DNA from: Candidatus Omnitrophota bacterium
GTDB taxonomy: Bacteria; Omnitrophota; Omnitrophia; Omnitrophales; Aquincolibacteriaceae
Assembly (NCBI GenBank): GCA_003140935.1
Contig: PLLJ01000037.1
Location: 1 to 62,525, forward strand
Reading direction: 5' to 3'
Length of the DNA: 62,525 nucleotides
A program made the position numbers and the translations under genes. Of this stretch, positions 33,263 through 40,572 are shown piece by piece (the first letter of the stretch is position 1; every line of letters starts with the position of its first letter). The notes below the pieces were generated by a model. The model was not told where the DNA came from. It worked only from the letters and a program-made list of their open reading frames with translations, and searched no databases.

Positions 33263-33636
33263 AGCTTTTTTTCAGGAGAGGGCGCGAACTGCCAGGGGAA
33301 TTCCGGGGAAAGCACCGGTTTGTATTTCGCAGGATAAGGGATCGGAAAGGTCACCATCTCGTAAACTCCGACTAAAGCCCTCCCTACGGCATAGATCGAA
33401 CCGCGACCCAATCCGGCTACCCAACTCGGCGGAATCGTATCATTGCGGACTTCTTTGGAAAGCTCGTTGGAGATATCAAAGGGGGAAAGCACAACATTAA
33501 GAAACCCGCGTTGAAGTTTTCGCTGCGGTGTTCCCTCTCCCTGGATCTCGACCTCAGGCGCCACAGCCGCCATCGCAGGAAGCGAGAAAGCAAGAAGCAC
33601 GAACATCGCGATCAGGATCGCATAAGGTCTTTTCAT
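33259..33636 (-). CDS. Small secreted protein resembling the exosortase-associated TIGR04073-type family
   Basis: 125 aa with a signal peptide, KLQRGFLNVVLSPFDI and GVYEMVTFPIPYP motifs as I recall for that family. No exosortase lies in the window. Confidence 0.5.
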   Translation of the reverse strand: MKRPYAILIAMFVLLAFSLPAMAAVAPEVEIQGEGTPQRKLQRGFLNVVLSPFDISNELSKEVRNDTIPPSWVAGLGRGSIYAVGRALVGVYEMVTFPIPYPAKYKPVLSPEFPWQFAPSPEKKL

Positions 33637-33642
33637 AATTTA

Positions 33643-33687
33643 GTTAATTTAACACCGAAGCCCCGGCAACACCAGCCTGAAATTGGC
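33643..33687. repeat. 45-nt intergenic repeat, copy 1
   Basis: GTTAATTTAACACCGAAGCCCCGGCAACACCAGCCTGAAATTGGC; 41 of 45 nt are identical to 34395-34439. Confidence 0.8.
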
Positions 33688-33757
33688 GGGCCCCATTTTG
33701 GGGCTTACCTCTCCCCTCGGACGGCGTCCGGTTTATGAAACTTCCGGGCTTCTTTCA

Positions 33758-34012
33758 TTAGCTCGTCTGTTGCTCTCTTAGCTTGACCCAGCCGAGGCTG
33801 CGGTCTTCAAGCAGCCACGTTTCGCCGGTCTTATTGTTGACCCGGTAGAGGACCTCCCGCTCTTGTCCGTCGACGCGTTTTTTCCGGGTCAGAAGCTCAT
33901 AGTCCCCGCAGGTGACTTGTCCCGACTTTTCGGCAAGCGCCTTGGGAGTTCCCCAAGGTAAAAAAACCGCTAAGGTAAAAAGAAAAAAAGTGACCGCAGC
34001 CGCTTTTTTCAC
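33758..34012 (-). CDS. Small secreted protein, paralog 1
   Basis: 84 aa with a signal peptide ending ALAEK. The mature part (CGDYELLTR...YRVNNKTGETWLLED...GWV.L.EQ) is clearly paralogous to 34063..34308. Confidence 0.55.
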   Translation of the reverse strand: MKKAAAVTFFLFTLAVFLPWGTPKALAEKSGQVTCGDYELLTRKKRVDGQEREVLYRVNNKTGETWLLEDRSLGWVKLREQQTS

Positions 34013-34062
34013 TCTCCCTCCTTTAGTCCCGGATCAACAGGATCTTTTTTCCCGGTTTTTTA

Positions 34063-34308
34063 TTATTGTTCTTTCAGCAACACCCACCCGATGTCGTTGT
34101 CCTCAAGCCGCCAGGTCTCACCGGTCTTGTTATTGATCCGGTAGAAGACTTCCCCGTCTTGCCCGTTGTCATACCGCCTCCGGGTGACGATCTCGTAGTC
34201 CCCACAACTCGCTAATTCCACTTTTTCGGCAAGCGCTTTTATTTCTCCGAGAGGTAAAAAGGCTGTTAAGACCAGAAGGGAAAAAGTGATCGCGGCCGTC
34301 TTTTTCAT
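34063..34308 (-). CDS. Small secreted protein, paralog 2
   Basis: 81 aa with AGGAGGAG upstream of the ATG. Paralogous to 33758..34012. Confidence 0.6.
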   Translation of the reverse strand: MKKTAAITFSLLVLTAFLPLGEIKALAEKVELASCGDYEIVTRRRYDNGQDGEVFYRINNKTGETWRLEDNDIGWVLLKEQ

Positions 34309-34394
34309 TTCTCCTCCTCTTAAGAAAAGAAAATAAAAATCAGGACTGTCCCAACTACCGTCCCGGCAAAAAAATTTAAAGTTGGAATAGCGCG

Positions 34395-34439
34395 GTTAAT
34401 TTAACACCGAAGTCCCGCCAGCGCCAGCCTGAAATTGGC
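34395..34439. repeat. 45-nt intergenic repeat, copy 2
   Basis: GTTAATTTAACACCGAAGTCCCGCCAGCGCCAGCCTGAAATTGGC. Confidence 0.8.
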
Positions 34440-34452
34440 TCGGAAGAAGGGA

Positions 34453-35880
34453 TCAGGCCTTGAGGTAAGTATCAACGGCTTGGGCGGCCTGCCGGCCCTG
34501 GTTGATGGCCCAGACCACGAGCGAGGCACCGCGAACTGTATCCCCTGCCGCGAAAACGCCCGGCACCGAGCTCATGTAATTGCCGTCGGTTTTGATATTG
34601 CCCCGGGGATCGAACTGAACTCCCAGATCCGTCAGAAGCTTGGAATGTTCGACGTGAACGAACCCCATGGCTAAAAGCACCAGATCGACTTGAAGGAAAA
34701 ATTCAGAACCCGGTATTTCTTTCATGGAGTATTGCCCGCTCGCCTTATCCCGCGCCCATTCCACCCGCGCGCAATGGACCTCGCGGACTTTTCCGTCCTT
34801 CCCCTTGATCTCCTTGGTCGTGATCGCCCAATCCCGTTCGCAGCCCTCTTCGTGAGAGGTCGAAGTGCGGAGGATCAGAGGCCAGTTGGGCCACGAAGGG
34901 TTCCACGGCTCTTTCCATTCCTGGGGTTTGGGGAGGATCTCAAATTGATAAACTTTTTTGGCACCCTGACGGTTTGAGGTCCCCACGCAATCCGATCCCG
35001 TATCGCCGCCGCCGATCACAAGCACCGTTTTCCCTTTCGCGGAAATAAGCTGCTCGGGCTTGATCTCGCCGGAGACGGCCTTGTTGGAAAGCGTCAAAAA
35101 ATCCATGGCAAAATGGACCCCGGAAAGTTCGCGGCCCGGCACCTTGAGGTCGCGCGGCGCGCCGGCCCCCATTGTCAGAAGGATCCCATCGTAGTTCTTC
35201 TTAAGTTCTTCCGCGGAAATGCTCACTCCCACATCGACGTTGACTTCAAACCGCACGCCTTCCGCTTTCATCTGCTCGATGCGGCGGTCCAACACCCATT
35301 TTTCAAGTTTAAAATCCGGGATCCCGAACCGGAGCAAGCCGCCGATCCTGGAGGATTTTTCAAAAAGCGTGACCGTGTGTCCGGCGCGGCGCAGTTGCTG
35401 GGCCGAAGCGAGTCCTGCGGGCCCGGAACCGACGACCGCGATCTTTTTTCCGGTCTCTTTCGCCGGGGGTTGGGGTTTCACCCAGCCTTCCGCGAACGCT
35501 TTTTCGATAATGGCAAGTTCGATCTGCTCGATCGTGACGGGCGCCTGGTTGATCGCGAGCGTGCAGGCGGTCTCGCACGGGGCCGGGCAAACCCGCCCCG
35601 TCACTTCCGGAAGATTGTTCGTGAGCGACAAACGCTCATAAGCTTCATGCCATTGGCCCCGGTAAACGGCGTCATTCCATTCCGGGATCAGGTTGGAGAC
35701 GGGGCACCCGAGCGCGTGGCAAAAAGGGATCCCGCAATCCATGCAGCGCGCGCCCTGCTTGAGGATCTCGTCCCCAAAAAGCGGCGGGGCAATCTCCTTA
35801 TAGTCCTTCAAACGCTCCTTAACAGGCCGCTTGGGCGAGAGACCGCGCTTATATTCTAAAAAACCGTCCGATTTTCCCAT
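34453..35880 (-). CDS. gltD: Glutamate synthase (NADPH) small subunit
   Basis: 475 aa with Fe-S Cys clusters ([18 protein letters not shown]) and FAD/NAD Rossmann motifs ([18 protein letters not shown]). Confidence 0.93.
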   Translation of the reverse strand: MGKSDGFLEYKRGLSPKRPVKERLKDYKEIAPPLFGDEILKQGARCMDCGIPFCHALGCPVSNLIPEWNDAVYRGQWHEAYERLSLTNNLPEVTGRVCPAPCETACTLAINQAPVTIEQIELAIIEKAFAEGWVKPQPPAKETGKKIAVVGSGPAGLASAQQLRRAGHTVTLFEKSSRIGGLLRFGIPDFKLEKWVLDRRIEQMKAEGVRFEVNVDVGVSISAEELKKNYDGILLTMGAGAPRDLKVPGRELSGVHFAMDFLTLSNKAVSGEIKPEQLISAKGKTVLVIGGGDTGSDCVGTSNRQGAKKVYQFEILPKPQEWKEPWNPSWPNWPLILRTSTSHEEGCERDWAITTKEIKGKDGKVREVHCARVEWARDKASGQYSMKEIPGSEFFLQVDLVLLAMGFVHVEHSKLLTDLGVQFDPRGNIKTDGNYMSSVPGVFAAGDTVRGASLVVWAINQGRQAAQAVDTYLKA

Positions 35881-35958
35881 CAGTACCGTTCTCCATTCAA
35901 TTTCTAAGGGTTAACGGTGCCATACCGCAAACCCTTCAAATCAATCCATGCGGTATCA
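35881..35958 (-). promoter_or_regulatory. Conserved structured leader element, copy a (gltB stop to gltD start)
   Basis: About 75% identical to 49241-49318. Three helices: AUACCGC/GCGGUAU, AAGGGUU/AACCCUU and ACCGUU/AACGGU. They cross each other. The last helix lies between GGAG and the gltD AUG. Confidence 0.55.
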
Positions 35959-38900
35959 GTCAAAAACCTCTTCTGTCATGGCGGCAGAGTCCGAGTTCTT
36001 CGTCTGCTGTTCTTTCATCTTGATCATGGCCTTCTTATAGTCCATAGGCATGACCTTCACAAAACGCGGCAACATCTCATCCCAGCTGGCAAGGATCGCC
36101 TTGGCATAGGGGCTCCCCGTGAATTTCGCGTGCCGTTCGATCGTGGTCTTGAGGAATTCCCGGTCCTCTTTTTCGGCGACGGGCTCGAGATCGACCATTT
36201 CAAGATTGCAGCGCGTATCAAAAAGCTGGCTCTCATCGAGCACATAGGCGATCCCGCCGCTCATGCCCGCCGCGAAGTTCACACCGGTCTGTCCCAGGAT
36301 GATCACGCGGCCGCCGGTCATATACTCGCAGCCATGATCCCCCACGCCCTCGACCACGGCGACCGCCCCGCTGTTGCGAACGCAGAACCTCACGCCGGCC
36401 CGGCCATGGATAAAGGCTTCTCCCGAGGTCGCGCCGAAAAGGTTCACATTCCCGGTGATGACATTGTCCTGCGGTCGGAAAGTCGAGGATCTTGGAGGGT
36501 AGACGATGAGCCGCCCCCCCGAAAGTCCTTTTCCGAAATAATCGTTCGCGTCCCCTTCCAGTTCGAAAGTCACTCCGTGGGCAAGAAAGGCCCCGAAACT
36601 CTGCCCCGCCGATCCCTCGAATTTGATCTTGATCGTGTCTTCGGGGAGTCCCTTCAGCCCATAGCGTTTTGCGATCTCATGACTTAAAGTTGTTCCGACC
36701 GTCCGATTGCAATTACGGATCTTCTGTTCGAGGACCATCGGTTGTTTGAATTCGAGGGCGTTCTTGGCCTTCTTGATAAGGTCCGGGTCCAGGGAAAGCG
36801 AAAAATCGTGCCGGGGGGCCGACACGCACCGGATCGCACCGCCGGGAGGCACTTCGGGTACCGCGAGTACTTTTGAAAAATCAAGGCCCCGCGTCTTGTA
36901 GTGGCTGATCGCCTCAAGCACTTCCAGCCTTTCCACGCGCCCCACCATGTCCTCGAACTTCCTGAACCCGAGCTCGGCCATCCATTCACGGACTTCCTGA
37001 GCGATGAACCTCATGAAATTCATCAGGTTCTCCGGCTTTCCGGTAAAGCGTTTGCGCAATTCCGGATTCTGGGTCGCGACCCCCACGGGGCAGGTGTTCA
37101 GGTGGCATTTTCTCATCATGACGCATCCCAGGGTCACGAGGGTCGTCGTCCCAAAACCAAATTCTTCGGCGCCGAGCATGGCGCCGATCACGACATCCCG
37201 GCCGGTCTTGAGCTGGCCGTCCACCTGGACACGGATCCGGTCGCGCAATTTGTTCATGACAAGCACCTGCTGGGCCTCGGCAAGTCCTATCTCCCACGGC
37301 GAACCCGCGTATTTGATCGAAGAAATGGGTGAGGCCCCCGTCCCTCCGTCATGACCGCTGATCAGGACCATATCCGCTTTTCCTTTGGCCACCCCCGCGG
37401 CGACCGTGCCGACGCCCACTTCCGAAACAAGCTTGACGGAGACACGCGCTTCGGGATTGGCGTTCTTCAAGTCGAAAATAAGCTGGGCCAGGTCTTCGAT
37501 CGAGTAAATATCATGATGGGGCGGCGGCGAGATGAGCATCACGCCGGGCGTTGAGTGGCGCACGCGCGCGATCAACTCATCCACTTTATGACCCGGCAGC
37601 TGCCCGCCTTCTCCCGGCTTCGCGCCTTGCGCCATTTTGATCTGAAGTTCGCAGGCGTTGGCCAGATAGTTGATCGTCACGCCGAAACGTCCTGAAGCGA
37701 CTTGCTTGATCGAGCTCTTGCTGGAGTCCCCGTTGGCGAGCGGTTTATAACGGATCTCGTCCTCGCCGCCTTCCCCGGAATTACTTCCGGCTCCGAGGCG
37801 GTTCATGGCAATGGCGATGGTCTCATGCGCCTCTTTGCTGATGGAACCAAACGACATGGCTGAAGAAACGAACCGTTTTACGATGTTTTCCACCGGCTCT
37901 ACTTCTTCGATCGGGACCGGCTGTCCTTTTTTGAACTTGAAAAGCCCGCGGAGCGTGCACAGGTTTTTGCTGATATCATTGACTTCGGAGGTATAGCGTT
38001 TAAAAATACTGTAATCTCCCTCCCGGACCGATTTCTGAAGGTTCACGATCGCCTGGGGAGAAAAGAGATGTTTTTCCGCATTCAACCGGTAGTGATAATT
38101 CCCCCCGGAATCCACCGTTTCCGTACTGGATTGCGCCGCTTGCAAAGCCGCGTTGTATCGATCGAGGGATTCCCGTTCCACAACATCCAAACCGATCCCG
38201 CGGATCCGCGAGGAAGTCCCGGGGAAATAACGCTCCAAAAATTCATCGTTCAATCCCACCGCCTCAAAGATCTGGGCGCCGCGATAACTGCGGAGCGTGG
38301 AAATGCCCATCTTCGACATCACCTTCAAGAGACCCTTTTTGACGGCGGTAATGTAGTTCTCGATGGCAGTTTCGATCGTCATCTTGGCAGATAAATGCCC
38401 GCGGCGCTTCAGGTCGACCAGACTCTCGAAGGCAAGATACGGATTGATCGCATTCACGCCATAGCCTACCAGGCACGCGAAATGGTGCACCTCCCGGGCC
38501 TCGCCCGTTTCCAGCACAAGCCCGCCCAAATAGCGTTTGCCCTTCCGGATCAGATACTGATGCACCGCGGAGCCGGCCAAAAGCGACGGGATCGGCGCCT
38601 TCCCCGGTTCGGCTTCCCGGTCACTCAAGATGACAAGCGAATATCCCTCATCAAATTTTTGTTCGACCTGCACACAAAGAGCCTGAACGGCTTTTTCCAG
38701 ACCGCCCGCGGGCGCCGGAGCGTCAAAAAGCATCGGGACCGTGCCTACGCGAAAACTGGCCAGATTGGAGACCTTGAGACGCTCGATGTCATCGTTGGTG
38801 AGGATCGGATGCAACAGTTTCAGTTGGTGGCAATGCTGGGGGGTCTCGTCCAGAAGGTTGCCCTGGCGTCCCACAAAGCTCATGAGCGACATCACGAGAT

Positions 38901-40479
38901 TTTCGCGATACGGATCGATCGGCGGATTGGTCACTTGCGCGAAAAGCTGCCTGAAATAATTATAAAGAAGTTGCGAACGGTTCGAAAGAACGGCCAACGC
39001 GGCGTCATTGCCCATGGACCCCACAGGCTCCTGGGCGTTTTCCGCCATCGGGAGAAGGACCATCTTTTCATCTTCAAGCGTGTAGCCGAAAATACGCTGG
39101 CGGAATGCGAGCGTTTTTTCATCGACTTCCACGGGACCGGGCACCTGAAGCAATCCTCTCAATTCGATCCGGTTCTCTTCAAGCCACCTGCGGTAGGGTT
39201 GACTCCGGGCGATTCCGGATTTGATCTCATTGTCCTTGAGGACCCTCTGCGCGGCCGTATCCACCAAAAGCATCTTTCCGGGGGACAGCATTCCTTTCTC
39301 AAGAATGTCCGGAGGATTCAGATCCAGCACTCCGGCCTCGGACGCCATGACCACGAGCCCGCTTTTCGTGATGACATAACGGGCGGGACGCAGGCCGTTC
39401 CGGTCCAGGATCGCGCCGACCTTTATGCCGTCCGTGAACGCGACGGCGGCGGGGCCGTCCCACGGTTCCATGATCGCGGCGTGATATTCAAAGAATGCCC
39501 GCTTCGCCTCGCTGATATGATATTTCACGCCGAAGGCCTCGGGGATCATCATCATGATGGCATGTTCCATGGAACGACCGCCCAAGGTCAAGAGCTCAAA
39601 AACATTGTCAAAGATGCCCGAATCGCACAAGTTAGGATTGATGATCGGGAAGAGTTTTTTGATCCCGGCACCTAAAAGATCCGAGGAGAGCCTCCCCTCA
39701 CGGGCCACCATTTTGTTGATATTGCCGCGCAGGGTATTGATCTCTCCGTTATGCGCCAAGAAATGAAAGGGATGCGCCAAGGCCCAGGACGGGAACGTAT
39801 TGGTGGAATAACGCTGATGCACGACCGCCATCGCGCTGACAAGGTTATCGTCCATGAGATCGATAAAAAAGTGGTCAAATTGCGGGGCCGCGAACATGCC
39901 TTTATAGACGACCGTGCGCGAAGAAAGGGACGGAATATAAAAATCTTCAAGGGCCCAACCCAGCTTCGCCGCCTCGCTCTCAAGGACTTTCCGGAGCATA
40001 TAGAGACGGCGTTCCAGGGCCAGCCTTTCAAGCCCGTCATAAGCCACAAAGACCTGCCAAATGGACGGCATCACCGCCCGGGCCATTTCTCCGAGACAGT
40101 CCGGATGGACCGGAACTCCCCTCCACCCGAGAATTTTTCCGCCGTCCTGCGCGACCTGCTCGGCGATCATTTTCTGCGCGCGTTCGGAATCTTTTTCCTG
40201 ACTTGGAAGAAAAAGCATTCCCACGCCGTATTTTCCTTCGGCCGGCAGCGGGAATCTCAGGGCTTTGGAGAAAAACTTGTGAGGGATCTGAAGGATCATA
40301 CCGGCGCCGTCGCCCGTCTTCAGATCGCCTCCGACCGCGCCGCGATGGACGAGATTTTTCAGGATCTGTACGCCGTCGCGGACGACCTGGTGCGTTCGCG
40401 TTCCGTCGATCTTAACGACGAAACCGACGCCGCACGCGTCGTGCTCCATATTGGGATGATAAAGGCCCTGCGCTTTCAT
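35956..40479 (-). CDS. gltB: Glutamate synthase large subunit
   Basis: Amidotransferase Cys in HDACGVGF, FMN/Fe-S central domains, and a C-terminal GXGXG domain. The preferred start is the ATG at 40479 (AAGGA upstream). The ORF stays open to 40548 through a carB-tail relic. Confidence 0.96.
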   Translation of the reverse strand: MKAQGLYHPNMEHDACGVGFVVKIDGTRTHQVVRDGVQILKNLVHRGAVGGDLKTGDGAGMILQIPHKFFSKALRFPLPAEGKYGVGMLFLPSQEKDSERAQKMIAEQVAQDGGKILGWRGVPVHPDCLGEMARAVMPSIWQVFVAYDGLERLALERRLYMLRKVLESEAAKLGWALEDFYIPSLSSRTVVYKGMFAAPQFDHFFIDLMDDNLVSAMAVVHQRYSTNTFPSWALAHPFHFLAHNGEINTLRGNINKMVAREGRLSSDLLGAGIKKLFPIINPNLCDSGIFDNVFELLTLGGRSMEHAIMMMIPEAFGVKYHISEAKRAFFEYHAAIMEPWDGPAAVAFTDGIKVGAILDRNGLRPARYVITKSGLVVMASEAGVLDLNPPDILEKGMLSPGKMLLVDTAAQRVLKDNEIKSGIARSQPYRRWLEENRIELRGLLQVPGPVEVDEKTLAFRQRIFGYTLEDEKMVLLPMAENAQEPVGSMGNDAALAVLSNRSQLLYNYFRQLFAQVTNPPIDPYRENLVMSLMSFVGRQGNLLDETPQHCHQLKLLHPILTNDDIERLKVSNLASFRVGTVPMLFDAPAPAGGLEKAVQALCVQVEQKFDEGYSLVILSDREAEPGKAPIPSLLAGSAVHQYLIRKGKRYLGGLVLETGEAREVHHFACLVGYGVNAINPYLAFESLVDLKRRGHLSAKMTIETAIENYITAVKKGLLKVMSKMGISTLRSYRGAQIFEAVGLNDEFLERYFPGTSSRIRGIGLDVVERESLDRYNAALQAAQSSTETVDSGGNYHYRLNAEKHLFSPQAIVNLQKSVREGDYSIFKRYTSEVNDISKNLCTLRGLFKFKKGQPVPIEEVEPVENIVKRFVSSAMSFGSISKEAHETIAIAMNRLGAGSNSGEGGEDEIRYKPLANGDSSKSSIKQVASGRFGVTINYLANACELQIKMAQGAKPGEGGQLPGHKVDELIARVRHSTPGVMLISPPPHHDIYSIEDLAQLIFDLKNANPEARVSVKLVSEVGVGTVAAGVAKGKADMVLISGHDGGTGASPISSIKYAGSPWEIGLAEAQQVLVMNKLRDRIRVQVDGQLKTGRDVVIGAMLGAEEFGFGTTTLVTLGCVMMRKCHLNTCPVGVATQNPELRKRFTGKPENLMNFMRFIAQEVREWMAELGFRKFEDMVGRVERLEVLEAISHYKTRGLDFSKVLAVPEVPPGGAIRCVSAPRHDFSLSLDPDLIKKAKNALEFKQPMVLEQKIRNCNRTVGTTLSHEIAKRYGLKGLPEDTIKIKFEGSAGQSFGAFLAHGVTFELEGDANDYFGKGLSGGRLIVYPPRSSTFRPQDNVITGNVNLFGATSGEAFIHGRAGVRFCVRNSGAVAVVEGVGDHGCEYMTGGRVIILGQTGVNFAAGMSGGIAYVLDESQLFDTRCNLEMVDLEPVAEKEDREFLKTTIERHAKFTGSPYAKAILASWDEMLPRFVKVMPMDYKKAMIKMKEQQTKNSDSAAMTEEVFD

Positions 40480-40482
40480 GGT

Positions 40483-40545
40483 TGTTTCCTTTGCTTTCAC
40501 GCCATGATAATCATGAATCGACCGAACATCCAGGTCATTATCCTC
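40483..40545 (-). pseudogene. Relic of the carB 3' terminus, in frame upstream of gltB
   Basis: It translates to EDNDLDVRSIHDYHGVKAKE. 13 of 20 residues are identical to the CarB C-terminus [20 protein letters not shown] encoded at 43165-43224. Confidence 0.65.
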
Positions 40546-40572
40546 CAAGGCCTGAGCCCTGGGGCTTGCCCC

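Noticed and set aside
35900-35925. Sigma-54 promoter within the conserved leader (TGGCACCGTTAACCC on the minus strand; TGGTGCCGTTAGCCC in copy b)
   Set aside because: A -24-like TGGCAC is present in copy a only. The -12 TTGC element is missing at the required spacing in both copies.
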